Source: an uncultured bacterium (lineage in GTDB: Bacteria > Zixibacteria > MSB-5A5 > GN15 > FEB-12). Taken from it: a stretch of DNA of 64,000 nt. The position numbers and the translations under genes were made by a program. The stretch lies in NCBI GenBank assembly GCA_965603125.1, contig CBFDBU010000005.1, forward strand, positions 17,359 through 81,358, read 5' to 3'. Positions 41,330 to 51,636 of the stretch are shown one piece after another. The notes under the pieces are model-generated. The model was not told the origin of the DNA, searched no databases, and saw only the letters and a program-made list of their open reading frames with translations. Position 1 is the first letter of the stretch; the number at the start of each line of letters is the position of its first letter.

Positions 41330-41970
41330 ACCTTGTAAGTCTCCTTGAGCATCCTGTAGTTGTCAATTACCTTGCGAAGGTATTTCTTCGGTAGGGGAAC
41401 GTTCTGCCGAATCAGGCCGCGCAAACGCGTCTCTCCGACATTGTACGCTACGATCGCTTTCTGCAGATCCCCGAACTCGAGAATCTGCTCAAACAGATGG
41501 AACGTGCCCAATCTGATGTTCGTTTCCGGTTCAAACAGGGTCTCTGAGCCTTCCCAGTTCACCCCGGCCCTGGGAGCAAGGTCGGCGCCGACAAACGGGA
41601 CCACCTGCATCAGGCCGCGGGCTCCCACCGAGGATGTCTGCCTCTTGCGGAACGAGGACTCGGTCAGAATGATGGCCATGACGAACATAGGGTCATAGCG
41701 GTATCTCTTACTTTCAGTATAGATCACCTCAGCCAGCCGACCGACCTCGTCATCGTTGAACCCGATCTGGAAATCCTCGATAGCCTTGAAGATCTGAAGC
41801 CGCTCCTCAAGTTCCGTGATTCTTTTCTGTTGAAAGGTTATCTGCCTTTCCAGGTCAAACTTGTCCCTGATCAGGAATATGAGCAGACCCGATTGGAGCA
41901 GATAGATTAGAACCAGCAGGAAACTGATTGGTTTGGAAAGAAAAATCCCGATCCTGTCTACTTGTATCAT
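41326..41970 (-). CDS. lytic transglycosylase (SLT domain), membrane-anchored
   Basis: AIILTESSF (catalytic Glu) and ARGLMQV motifs, with an N-terminal TM. Confidence 0.8.
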   Translation of the reverse strand: MIQVDRIGIFLSKPISFLLVLIYLLQSGLLIFLIRDKFDLERQITFQQKRITELEERLQIFKAIEDFQIGFNDDEVGRLAEVIYTESKRYRYDPMFVMAIILTESSFRKRQTSSVGARGLMQVVPFVGADLAPRAGVNWEGSETLFEPETNIRLGTFHLFEQILEFGDLQKAIVAYNVGETRLRGLIRQNVPLPKKYLRKVIDNYRMLKETYKV

Positions 41971-41973
41971 CGC

Positions 41974-43296
41974 CTACTCCTCACGACAGGTTCCCTCCAG
42001 ATCGTAACCGTCGGCGGCGTCAATCCGGACGCGGTGGATATCACCGGCAGTTCCCGTAAATCCGCGAACCCTGACCTCCTGGTCTATCTGTGGGCAGTCG
42101 CCCCGGGTGCGTCCGAGTGCGATCCCATCGGCATTAACGGAGTCAATAATAACCTCCCGGACGGCGCCTATCAAGGAAACATTTTTGTCAATGGCGATCT
42201 CGCGCTGAAGGCTCATCAGCCGATCCAGCCTGCGGGCCTTTGTCTTCTCCGTCACCTGCCCGGTCATCCCGGCTGCGGGAGTCCCTTCTTCGACCGAGTA
42301 AGTGAACATTCCCATCCGGTCAAAGTGCTGCTCATCGACAAAATCGCATAACTCCGCGAATTGCTTCGACGACTCTCCCGGAAAGCCAACAATGAACGTG
42401 GTCCGCAGAACCGCCCCGTCGCATCTTGCACGGATTGATCTGAGCAGATTCTCTATTGTGCGGCGGTCCGTCCCGCGACCCATAGCGCGCAGAAGTTCAG
42501 TGTTGATATGCTGCAAGGGAAGATCGAAATAGGTCAGGGTTTTGTTGGCCGAGGCCATATAGTCGATCAGTTCGCCATTCACCTGGGCCGGATGAAGGTA
42601 CATCACACGGATCCAGGCTACCTCGTCGATCTCATCGAGCGCCTCGAGAAGTTCGATCAGACTGCCGGGCCCACGAAGATCACCTCCGTACAGCGTGGCG
42701 TCCTGGGATACGAGAATGAGTTCCTTCCTGCCGCTCTGAGCTAAGCGTCGGGCTTCTCGCACGATTGATTCAATGGGCCGACTCCGGAACGGGCCACGGA
42801 TGCCGGGGATGACGCAGTAAGTGCAGCCTCGATTGCAGCCGTCGGATATCTTCAGGTAGGCATAGGGCAGGCTGTCGGAAAGATAGCGGCGCTCGTAGTC
42901 CATATAAGTCAGCTTGCGCGCCGGGGTCCTGATCGTCCGGACAGCATGATCGGTGGAAGTCATAGCGACGGCAATGGCATCCAGTTCGCCAATTCCGAAG
43001 GCACCGTCAATTTCCGGCATACCGCTAAGCAACTCGTCGCCGTAGCGCTGGGAGAGACAACCACTGACATACAGGCGCTTCAATCCGCCGCCGTTTTTAA
43101 GTTGGGCCAGACGCAGGATCTCCTCGATCGATTCCTCCTTGGCGGGCAAGATGAATCCGCAGGTGTTGACAATGATCGACTCGGCCTCTTCGGGATGCTC
43201 CACCGGCATATGACCCTCGTTCTGCAAGCGGGCACAGATGTAATCGGCATCGACGTCGTTCTTGGGACAGCCGAGCCTGTGCACAAAGAACTTCAT
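41974..43296 (-). CDS. rimO: ribosomal protein S12 methylthiotransferase
   Basis: ATG at 43296 (MKFFVHRLGCPKN) lies right after the upstream stop. Radical-SAM CNRGCTYC and a C-terminal TRAM domain. Confidence 0.9.
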   Translation of the reverse strand: MKFFVHRLGCPKNDVDADYICARLQNEGHMPVEHPEEAESIIVNTCGFILPAKEESIEEILRLAQLKNGGGLKRLYVSGCLSQRYGDELLSGMPEIDGAFGIGELDAIAVAMTSTDHAVRTIRTPARKLTYMDYERRYLSDSLPYAYLKISDGCNRGCTYCVIPGIRGPFRSRPIESIVREARRLAQSGRKELILVSQDATLYGGDLRGPGSLIELLEALDEIDEVAWIRVMYLHPAQVNGELIDYMASANKTLTYFDLPLQHINTELLRAMGRGTDRRTIENLLRSIRARCDGAVLRTTFIVGFPGESSKQFAELCDFVDEQHFDRMGMFTYSVEEGTPAAGMTGQVTEKTKARRLDRLMSLQREIAIDKNVSLIGAVREVIIDSVNADGIALGRTRGDCPQIDQEVRVRGFTGTAGDIHRVRIDAADGYDLEGTCREE

Positions 43297-43297
43297 C

Positions 43298-43912
43298 TTA
43301 GAACAGTCTGACCCTCTCCACCGAGTCGGGAAAGGTGGGTTCAAAAATGGCTTCGGCGCACACGGAATCCTCGGCTTGAGTGAGGAACACGATCCGGTTG
43401 AGTTCTCCGTTCACATCAAAGAACTCTATCGCCGTCATACGCGGGATAGCGGGATCGATGAGAACCACCATGGAGTCGGGCATGTCGCGCGCCTCATCCC
43501 GCCTGCGTGTCAGTCGATACTTGCGCTCCGGTTCAAGCAGGTGGGTGTCAAAGAACCTGTCCAGGTCGGTAATGTACGCAATGTTGTCGTCGTACCCATC
43601 GGCGGCGGCGGAGTCAACTCTCTCCATCACGACCTGGTTGGTCTCTTCAGAGTAATTGTATATGAACCGTTCGTCCCTCAAATAAACATCAGGACCAAGC
43701 GATACGCGATAGCGACCGTCTCGCCCGATACAGGCGCTGCCGGGAGTGGAGTCGACCACGTCGAACAGTTCGGACTCAATAATGCTGATGAACTCGAACC
43801 GAACACATGCTGCGGCAGCCAGTCCTTTCTTGACGACGTCAAAGCTGTCGGCCTCGCACGCCGGAGTGAGAGCGACCAGACACAGACCTGCCAGATAAGT
43901 TCGCATTTGCAT
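43298..43912 (-). CDS. LolA-like periplasmic lipoprotein carrier fold protein
   Basis: Signal peptide, 204 aa. GRDGRYRVSLGPDVYLRDERFIYNYSEETNQVV resembles the LolA core. The position after ftsK matches the ftsK-lolA linkage in proteobacteria. Weak call. Confidence 0.45.
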   Translation of the reverse strand: MQMRTYLAGLCLVALTPACEADSFDVVKKGLAAAACVRFEFISIIESELFDVVDSTPGSACIGRDGRYRVSLGPDVYLRDERFIYNYSEETNQVVMERVDSAAADGYDDNIAYITDLDRFFDTHLLEPERKYRLTRRRDEARDMPDSMVVLIDPAIPRMTAIEFFDVNGELNRIVFLTQAEDSVCAEAIFEPTFPDSVERVRLF

Positions 43913-43939
43913 ACCCAGGTTATACGTATCGGAAAGTAG

Positions 43940-46300
43940 TCAGTTCTTGCCGGAGTCCGCCGGCGCGGCCGAGCCATGACCTGCGAACAGGTTGTCGATA
44001 TAGGTTTTGTCCACTATGACATCACGCGCCTTGGAACCATCAAAGGGCGACACTATCCCCGCTTTCTCCAACTTGTCAATGAGGCGGGCGGCCCGCTGGT
44101 AACCGATACCCAGCCGGCGCTGCAGAAGCGACACCGAACCCTGTTTGTGCCGGATCACCACTTCGCAAGCCTCCCGGAAGAGAGGGTCGCCGAAATCGAC
44201 CTCAGCCTTAGTCGGTTCTCCCCTGCCCTGCGAGATATTATCCAAGGCGAACATTCCAAGTTCCTGTTCCTTGATCGACTTCACAATCTCGTCCGTCTCT
44301 TCGCTCGATACCCAGGCGCCGTGAACACGCAGTGGTTCCGGACGACCGGTCTGCAGGAACAGCATGTCGCCGTTACCCAACAGTTTCTCGGCGCCGTTGG
44401 CGTCGATTATCGTCCGTGAGTCCACCTTGGAAGATACCTGGAAGGCGATCCGGGCCGGGAAGTTGGCTTTTATCAGCCCGGTGATCACATCTACCGAGGG
44501 TCGCTGGGTGGCCAGGATCAGATGGATCCCCACTGCCCGTGACATCTGCGCCAGGCGCGTGATCAGCATCTCCGTCCGCGAGGATGTCGAAGACATCATC
44601 ATGTCCGCCAATTCGTCAACAAAGATGATGATATAGGGCAGTCGTTTCTCTTCGTCGTTCTGCTTGCGGTTGAATTCCTCAATGTTTCGCACCGATGCCT
44701 CGGCCAGGGCGCGGTAACGGCTTTCCATCTCCGCGACGGTGTCGGCCAGAACTTTCTCCGCCCTTCGCGGTTTGGTCACGACCGGACGGCCAAGATGCGG
44801 AATCCCGGAATAAACGGAAAGCTCCAGCATCTTCGGATCGATCAGAATGAAGCGCACCTGGTGAGGATGCAGCCGGTACAAGAGAGACGTTATCAGGACG
44901 TTCACGCAGACGGATTTGCCCGACCCCGTAGCGCCGGCAATCAGCAGGTGCGGCATTTTGGCCAGATCGGCGACGTATGGCTTGCCCGATGTGGTTTTCC
45001 CAAGAGCAAGCGGGAGCGCAAACTCGGAAGCTGCAAAAGCGTCGGAAGACAGGATATCCCGAAGATAAACGATCTGCGGTTTTCGATTGGGGATCTCCAC
45101 TCCGACTGCCGCCTTCCCCGGGATCGGGGCAATGATCCGGATTCGCTGTGCCTTGAGCGCCAGCGCCAGATCATCGGACAAATTGACAATCTGATTGACC
45201 TTCACTCCGGCCGCCGGCTTGAATTCGTATCGAGTGATGATCGGACCGGGAAACCGGAAGATGTCTCCCTCGATATTCACTCCGAACGTTTCAAGCGTTT
45301 CTTTAAGCATACGGGCGGTTGTCGTTAACTCTTCGTCACTTGCGTAGGCATCGGGTCGCGGGTTCTCTTTGAGAAGGTCAAGCTCCGGGTAAGTGTAGTC
45401 GACCGATTTGATCTGAAGCGGTTCCGCTGGTCTGGACGTGGTGACTTTGCGTCCGGGGCCGTCCTGCCTTCGTTTCCCGGCGCGCGCCTTTTCCCGGTGC
45501 TCGACACCTGAGGACACGCGACGTCTCGTTTTCGATGAATCACTGACCGATATGTCACGGTTACCCCTCTCCTCCTCTAGCTCCTGTTGCACCCTGCCCT
45601 CTCTGGAGAAAAGCGAACCGACCCAGCCGAATGTAAGAAAAACGCCGACATATCGTCTCGCCGCCTGGTAACCGCGTCCCAGGAAACGACCGCCCGGCAG
45701 TGACAGGCGCATCGAAAGCAGGGGCGTAATAGACGTATAGAGAAGTAGCAACATCAGGACCAGGCCGCCTAAGACGACATAGGAGCCAAGCTCACCCAAC
45801 AGCCTCACGCTGAGCAAAGTGAGTTTCTCTCCAGCGTAGCCGCCCGCCACATCCTCGGGAAGGCCCAGCCCTCGGACAGTCACGATGTGGATATTGTACA
45901 GGACAGTACAAAGAAGAGAGACCGCAAAAAGCAGGAGCGTATTGAGTTCGAGCCGGGAAGCCAGCTTCGAAGAAAAGAGGCGCAACGCGACAAGGATCAA
46001 CGCCACGGGCAGGAAATACGACAGCCAGCCAATCAGGGTGAAGCTGATGTAAGAAAGGTAGGCCCCCATCATTCCCCCCTGGTTGCGATATTGAAGCTCA
46101 AAAGGACTCAGATGTCCGTCCACCTGTCCGGTGATGCGACTATCATCCAAAGAGCGATGGGAGACCAGTGATATTAGAAGAAGAAGTGCCAGCAGGAACA
46201 ACAATGTGGCCAGCACCAACTTCCTTCTGTGTTGCGATTGGTTATGCTTCGTACGCACCATAGCAGTATTTATGGTCGATACACCTGTACCAAAAAACAA
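43940..46300 (-). CDS. ftsK: DNA translocase FtsK
   Basis: N-terminal TM helices, Walker A GATGSGKS, Walker B FVDELAD, C-terminal gamma winged-helix domain. Confidence 0.95.
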   Translation of the reverse strand: MFFGTGVSTINTAMVRTKHNQSQHRRKLVLATLLFLLALLLLISLVSHRSLDDSRITGQVDGHLSPFELQYRNQGGMMGAYLSYISFTLIGWLSYFLPVALILVALRLFSSKLASRLELNTLLLFAVSLLCTVLYNIHIVTVRGLGLPEDVAGGYAGEKLTLLSVRLLGELGSYVVLGGLVLMLLLLYTSITPLLSMRLSLPGGRFLGRGYQAARRYVGVFLTFGWVGSLFSREGRVQQELEEERGNRDISVSDSSKTRRRVSSGVEHREKARAGKRRQDGPGRKVTTSRPAEPLQIKSVDYTYPELDLLKENPRPDAYASDEELTTTARMLKETLETFGVNIEGDIFRFPGPIITRYEFKPAAGVKVNQIVNLSDDLALALKAQRIRIIAPIPGKAAVGVEIPNRKPQIVYLRDILSSDAFAASEFALPLALGKTTSGKPYVADLAKMPHLLIAGATGSGKSVCVNVLITSLLYRLHPHQVRFILIDPKMLELSVYSGIPHLGRPVVTKPRRAEKVLADTVAEMESRYRALAEASVRNIEEFNRKQNDEEKRLPYIIIFVDELADMMMSSTSSRTEMLITRLAQMSRAVGIHLILATQRPSVDVITGLIKANFPARIAFQVSSKVDSRTIIDANGAEKLLGNGDMLFLQTGRPEPLRVHGAWVSSEETDEIVKSIKEQELGMFALDNISQGRGEPTKAEVDFGDPLFREACEVVIRHKQGSVSLLQRRLGIGYQRAARLIDKLEKAGIVSPFDGSKARDVIVDKTYIDNLFAGHGSAAPADSGKN

Positions 46301-46314
46301 TTACAAACTTAACA

Positions 46315-46344
46315 TAAAAAAGGCAGGGAAGCCGTTTCCCTGCC
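46315..46344 (-). terminator. intrinsic terminator after hup
   Basis: The minus strand reads GGCAGGGAA-acgg-TTCCCTGCC followed by TTTTTTATG, 25 nt after the hup stop. Confidence 0.75.
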
Positions 46345-46368
46345 GTAAACCTGATTTGCGAGGCCTGA

Positions 46369-46644
46369 CTACTTACGAACGGCCTGCTTCAGATGCTTCC
46401 CCGCCTTGAACACGGGAACCCTGGTCGCGGGGATGTTGATGGAGGCCCCGGTCTGGGGATTGCGGCCAATACGAGCCTTACGCCTGGATACGGAAAACGT
46501 CCCAAAACCGGCAAAACTGACTTTCTTGCCTTTCTTGAGTTGACCTGTGACGTTGCTCATGAACGCCTGCAGCGCTTCCGAAGCCTGTCGCTTGGTGATG
46601 CCGGAATTGCTGGCCATCACACCAATCATTTCTTCTTTCGTCAT
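46369..46644 (-). CDS. hup: HU family DNA-binding protein
   Basis: 91 aa from ATG 46644 (GGAGGGG 7 nt upstream). GFGTFSVSRRKARIGRNPQTG arm motif. Confidence 0.93.
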   Translation of the reverse strand: MTKEEMIGVMASNSGITKRQASEALQAFMSNVTGQLKKGKKVSFAGFGTFSVSRRKARIGRNPQTGASINIPATRVPVFKAGKHLKQAVRK

Positions 46645-46696
46645 ACAGTACCCCTCCATGGGTGCATAAAGGGTTTTGGGTTTCTAATATCATGTT

Positions 46697-46726
46697 TATG
46701 TAACGGAATGCGGGTTGAGTTGTCAA
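46697..46726 (-). promoter_or_regulatory. possible sigma70-type promoter of hup
   Basis: The minus strand has an exact TTGACA, then 17-18 nt, then TTACAT/TACATA. Pattern match only. Confidence 0.3.
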
Positions 46727-46782
46727 CAAAAACAAGCATAAAAATCCCGGTAAATGGCTTTATTTCAGGGCTTCACGGGCGA

Positions 46783-49700
46783 TCAGCGATAACGCTGAAG
46801 TCCTTTCAGGAAGTCATCATGGCCGTTATCGATCTTGATTTCGGGCAGTTCCGTCACGAACAGCTTGAACCCGAATCCACGATTCGAGCCAATCGGCACC
46901 CAGTACAGGCTGCCGGACCAGCAGTGGATTTTGCGCACAATACTTATGGACGCGTTGATAGTCCTGTCTCTCCTGAAATCGTAACGCTGGGCGTACGTGA
47001 CTGTGGTTGAGGGCGTTAACCTGAAGCTCACGTCAAGCAGGGCGAAGAAATCATCGGGGTTCTTCTTCCAGGACTCGGCGCGTCCCTTCTCCCCGTATTG
47101 GTAGTTCAAGCTGCAATTCCAACCGCCCCCCGCCGCTTTCGGCTTTCCTTGTGGCGCCGCCGAACTTCCTTCGGATGATGAATCCGCGCCGCTGAACGCC
47201 GGGGATGGTTCGTCAAACAGACCGAAAGCGCCCTTCAAATTCAGCTTGGCTCGGAAAGTGAAGCTCTGCCGGTATGGCGACCAGAAGTTGAGATTGGCCG
47301 TGCCCGGTTCGTAGAACCGGTGAACTGTCTGCGCGTAGAGGTCAACGTTCCTGACGGCTCTTGATTGAAAGATCGTGGTCATGTTGCTCAGCGGAGTGGA
47401 GTCCGCCTCGAAGTTGTAGCTGAAGCCGCTCCTGAGCGTGAACAGTTCGATATTGCGCTCCGTCTCTTCGCTGCCCACTTTGGCGTGGAAATCCTGCGAC
47501 AAGCCAAACGACATGACCTGGCTCCTAGCGCTACCGGCGCCGCCACCGGCGTACCGCCTGACTTCGGGATTGCGGCTAATGTCAGGTGAATATGAGTATG
47601 ACACCGACGGCGTTATCACATGACGCAGCCCTTCCAATCCCCACAGGCGGGGGTATACCGTCCCGAACAATCTCGTGCTTGCGCTGACCGCCGCCCTCCA
47701 CGAGTAGGTACGGTAGGCCCCGGGATCAACTCCCGCCGTGTCGGACTGATCCGTCTGGTAAATCCTGAACCAGACTTCCTGGTAGCCAAAGCTCGGCGTC
47801 AGGTTCAGGTAGTTTCCGAGTGACAGGCCCGGCAGATATATCGTGGGGCTGGCGCTCAACCGAACGAATTTCTTGCGAGTTCGGTAATAGACGGTGTCAA
47901 CGACTTCTACCGTATCCTCTCCGGGAATCCACATACCGGTGGTGTCATCATAGGTGCTGTCCACAAAGGTGGTGTCGTATGCCAGGTAGAATGGCGTCTG
48001 GCGACTGGAGAAGTTCAGAAGCGACGGCGAGAACCGGAACTTGAAATCATGATACCATTTCTGTTCCAGTATGCCCTCCGCGTTACGCTGTCCGTTGCCG
48101 AACGGATAGATCGTCGGCAGCGAGACGGCTAGCGACGGAATATTGTCGGTTCTCGATTCCAGATCCAGATTGACAGTGTGAGTGACAGTAGTGGTAACCG
48201 ACGCTCCGTTGCCGAATTTCTTGGAGAGAATCGCTTTGGATCTCACTTCACGGTTGAGTCGTTCTTCGAGATTGGGAGAATAATCGGTAAAGTACGACTT
48301 GTCCGACTGGAACGAACCGGTCGCAGCCAGTCTGAGAGTGGGCGTGATGACGTGGTTATACGACCCGTTTATGGTCCAGCGGTCGCTCCCGCCCTCGTTC
48401 GCGGTGAGTTGGTTGTAGTTCCAGGCCCTCGTGAAGGAACCGGACAGGTAGGTGTCCTCAATCACGTATCGCTTCGCGAAAGTCAGTTTGGAGTTGATCG
48501 TGAAGGTATTACGATTGTCGTAGTAGTCCAGCGAACCAAGCCAGTCGCAGTACTCAGAGACCGCCCAGAAGTATCCGACATTGCGGATATACCTGACACC
48601 CCGTTCGAAATTGCCGAACGTGAAGGGCAGAAACCCGGAGTGACGACCGCGCTTTAGCGGAAAGACGTAATAGGGCAGAGCGATCAACGGCACCCGCCCC
48701 AGGTAGAACACAACCGGCCGGGCTATCAGCTTGTCCCCCTCGATCAGCTTCAGATCCCGGGAGCGGAAATGGAAATGCGGCTCGTCAAGGTCACAGGTTG
48801 TGTAGCGGCCGTCGTCCACATAGAAGATGCGCTTCTGCTCGCGAAACAACTTCCGGCCGTAGTAATAACCGGCCTCATACGCTGACTTGGAACGCACCAC
48901 GCGTCCCTTCTCGGTGTCGATAGAGTACTCCAAGTAGTCGCCGTACACAACGTCGTCCTTGTCACCGAGTACTACGGGAATGGTATTCGGCTGGAGAGGT
49001 TCCACAAGGCCGCTGTCGCTTGTAGTGGAGTCGGGCGTAACCGAAGCCGAGGAAGCCTCAATGACGCCTTGCCTGGTGTCGAACAGTATGCGATGCGCGC
49101 TGAGCGACATCGCACCGGAAGTCACTCCCGCGCCTTCCCTGAGTATGATCAGGGAGTCCTGCATATCGTAATGTATGAACTCAGCATTGTAGTCCACCGT
49201 GTCGGGTTTGGAAACCACGACGGTGTCGCGCCGCGCCTGCTTGCCGGTCACGTAAGTACCGATGGCGCCGCCGTGTACGTCGATAGCCTCAAGCTTCTCA
49301 TTAAATACGTGAAACCTGATCGTATCGCCGGAGACACTGTTCTCGTGGAACTCCCGCCCGCCGCGTGACGAGGGATAGTACCACGAATATGCCTGCCCTA
49401 TGCAGATAGTCTCGTAGAGCCGGCCGCCGTCGAAACGCATTTCAATCCGGTTGCCGGAGAGGATCGACTCGTCAAAATAGCGTTGGAGCGTGTCGACTGC
49501 TTCCTTGAAATCTCCCTGCGCCGAATCAACCACCTCGATCGAGCGAATGACGTCGTCCTCGTACCACACCGTGATATCCCTGCCGCTGATTTCGGAATTG
49601 CCGCGCCCGGCTGCCGGTTCAACCCGAAGGTCGAGCCGGTTTTCGGTCAGGTTCATCAACGCCAGACCGGAAGATGACGAGAACTCAGCCGACGAGATAA

Positions 49701-50244
49701 TTACGTCTCCCCGGCCCGATGCCAGGGACAGGGTGTCGTGTGATGTGTACTCAATCGAATCGGCCAGGACTTCGATCATGTTGGCTGTGTCCGGGTATTT
49801 GAGATACAGCAGCGGCCGCTCATCCATGAAGAAGTACTTCCTATCCTTGTCATAGAAAGCGTACGGTCCCACGGCGTAGATGGAATCGCGGTATGACCAA
49901 AGTTCGACTCGCTCTCCCCATGCCTCGGCCCGTCCATCGATGACATTATAGAAGGCGGAGTCGGCCAGCAGGCTGTAGGCGGTGTCGTCGATCCTGACGT
50001 GGCCGTTGAGGCGAACGCTTTCCCCTCTGGTCCAGAAGGCCGTGTCACAGTATATCTTCCCGCTGGAAGTGCGAAAGATCACGTTATCGGTTACGCAGGT
50101 CACGTATTTTTCACCGACCTTCATCAGTTCGAGGGGGCCCGCTCGCTCGAGAATGATCTTCTCCTTCTCGTCTGCGACGGCCGCTGGCAGGGACAGCACG
50201 GCCACCAGGAGAGCGGCGTTGATTGTCGGTAGCCTACATTTCAT
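46783..50244 (-). CDS. large outer-membrane protein, LptD (OstA)-like
   Basis: 1153 aa. Signal peptide, N-terminal OstA-like beta-jellyroll repeats, and a long aromatic-rich C-terminal region with alternating hydrophobic residues consistent with a beta-barrel. Family call by resemblance only. Confidence 0.5.
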   Translation of the reverse strand: MKCRLPTINAALLVAVLSLPAAVADEKEKIILERAGPLELMKVGEKYVTCVTDNVIFRTSSGKIYCDTAFWTRGESVRLNGHVRIDDTAYSLLADSAFYNVIDGRAEAWGERVELWSYRDSIYAVGPYAFYDKDRKYFFMDERPLLYLKYPDTANMIEVLADSIEYTSHDTLSLASGRGDVIISSAEFSSSSGLALMNLTENRLDLRVEPAAGRGNSEISGRDITVWYEDDVIRSIEVVDSAQGDFKEAVDTLQRYFDESILSGNRIEMRFDGGRLYETICIGQAYSWYYPSSRGGREFHENSVSGDTIRFHVFNEKLEAIDVHGGAIGTYVTGKQARRDTVVVSKPDTVDYNAEFIHYDMQDSLIILREGAGVTSGAMSLSAHRILFDTRQGVIEASSASVTPDSTTSDSGLVEPLQPNTIPVVLGDKDDVVYGDYLEYSIDTEKGRVVRSKSAYEAGYYYGRKLFREQKRIFYVDDGRYTTCDLDEPHFHFRSRDLKLIEGDKLIARPVVFYLGRVPLIALPYYVFPLKRGRHSGFLPFTFGNFERGVRYIRNVGYFWAVSEYCDWLGSLDYYDNRNTFTINSKLTFAKRYVIEDTYLSGSFTRAWNYNQLTANEGGSDRWTINGSYNHVITPTLRLAATGSFQSDKSYFTDYSPNLEERLNREVRSKAILSKKFGNGASVTTTVTHTVNLDLESRTDNIPSLAVSLPTIYPFGNGQRNAEGILEQKWYHDFKFRFSPSLLNFSSRQTPFYLAYDTTFVDSTYDDTTGMWIPGEDTVEVVDTVYYRTRKKFVRLSASPTIYLPGLSLGNYLNLTPSFGYQEVWFRIYQTDQSDTAGVDPGAYRTYSWRAAVSASTRLFGTVYPRLWGLEGLRHVITPSVSYSYSPDISRNPEVRRYAGGGAGSARSQVMSFGLSQDFHAKVGSEETERNIELFTLRSGFSYNFEADSTPLSNMTTIFQSRAVRNVDLYAQTVHRFYEPGTANLNFWSPYRQSFTFRAKLNLKGAFGLFDEPSPAFSGADSSSEGSSAAPQGKPKAAGGGWNCSLNYQYGEKGRAESWKKNPDDFFALLDVSFRLTPSTTVTYAQRYDFRRDRTINASISIVRKIHCWSGSLYWVPIGSNRGFGFKLFVTELPEIKIDNGHDDFLKGLQRYR

Positions 50245-51424
50245 CCAGCAGCCTCGCCACGAGCTTCACGTATTCCGGGAGCTTGTCGTTTGCAGCTCCG
50301 CCCAACTGCGCCTGGCGTTTCGAGCCGCCTCCCTTGAGTCCCAACCGCTCACCCAGTCTCCGCGCCAGCAGGCCGGCGTCAAAGTCACCTGCCTCAGGCG
50401 TCGTCAACAGCAGCCGCCCCTCGTGAATAAACAGCACGATGCCCTGAACGCGGTCAGCCACTACTCCGGCCAACTTAACCGCCTGCCGACTGTCTGGTAA
50501 ATCCAACACCTCGGCGACGATCGTATGAGAGCCTTCCCTGAAAGCCCTGCCCGCGATCTCCCCCGCCCAGGTTGGCAGCAGTTCCCGGGAGAGGTCGCCA
50601 ACCTGATTGCGCAGGGCCTTGATGTCGGCCAGCAGGCGCTCTATCTTGACCGGCAGGTCGTCAACGTGGCACGTCAGCAGCCGCGTGAGTCTGCTGGTAG
50701 CGGCGAACCTGCTCCGGTAGTCGGCTATTGCCTGGTCGCCGGAAAGGAACCTGACGACGGCGTGACCTCGTATCTTCTCCACGCCGGTGATCTTGAGCAG
50801 GGCGACCTCGCCGGTGGCGGAGCAATGCGTCCCGCCGCAGGCGGACACGTCGATATCGCCCACGCTCACGACGCGGATTTTCCCCGTGCGGGCAGTCGGC
50901 CTGCGGAGCTTCGTATCAGCGAGGTCGGCATCCTCAAGGAAGCTTATTGTCACCGGAAGGTTCCGTGTGATAACATCGTTGCCGAAGGACTCGACCAGCT
51001 CCAACTGCTCGGCCGTGATCTCGGCGGTGGCGAACTCGATAGCACCGTAGTCCTCACCGAGGTGTACCGAGAGCGTATCGAAACCGCACAGCCTGACCGA
51101 AGCCTGGCTCAGGATATGCTGGGCGGTATGCTGCTGCTGGTGCCGTCGGCGTCTCTCGCGGTCAATCGTGCCGCTGACGGAATCCCCCACGTTCCCGACC
51201 GGCTCGTTGGAAATATGCCGCACGGCTGCGTTCTCGCCCTCCACTACGTCAACAATGTCTATTCCACTTAAGCGTCCGAGGTCATGCTGCTGCCCGCCGG
51301 ACGTCGGGTAGAAGGCCGAGCGGTCAAGGATCGTATACCAGCCTCCTTCGTGTTCCCCACACTCGACAATCGTGCCCTCGAAGCTCAGCACTGACGAATC
51401 CCGGTAGTAAAGCCTGTCTGTCAC
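50234..51424 (-). CDS. alaX: alanyl-tRNA editing protein (AlaX-type, tRNA_SAD + DHHA1)
   Basis: Zinc/editing motifs HTAQH and CGGTHC, N-terminal FYPTSGGQ, C-terminal DHHA1-like GGG motif. Confidence 0.8.
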   Translation of the reverse strand: MTDRLYYRDSSVLSFEGTIVECGEHEGGWYTILDRSAFYPTSGGQQHDLGRLSGIDIVDVVEGENAAVRHISNEPVGNVGDSVSGTIDRERRRRHQQQHTAQHILSQASVRLCGFDTLSVHLGEDYGAIEFATAEITAEQLELVESFGNDVITRNLPVTISFLEDADLADTKLRRPTARTGKIRVVSVGDIDVSACGGTHCSATGEVALLKITGVEKIRGHAVVRFLSGDQAIADYRSRFAATSRLTRLLTCHVDDLPVKIERLLADIKALRNQVGDLSRELLPTWAGEIAGRAFREGSHTIVAEVLDLPDSRQAVKLAGVVADRVQGIVLFIHEGRLLLTTPEAGDFDAGLLARRLGERLGLKGGGSKRQAQLGGAANDKLPEYVKLVARLLDEM

Positions 51425-51636
51425 GTCACCCGCCCTTCAGGATAGCAGCCGACTTCGCGCCCGGTTGATCCTGCGCACGACAGCACAGGGCACCAGCGCT
51501 CGGCGACGACGCCATTCTACGATACCAACTGCAGAATGCCAACAAAAGTTGTTCAACAAGTCATACACCGGCATGTGCGTCACGTTCGCCGCCGTGATCG
51601 GCGTCGGCTGTCGTGCATGTCCGGAACCACTGAGCG

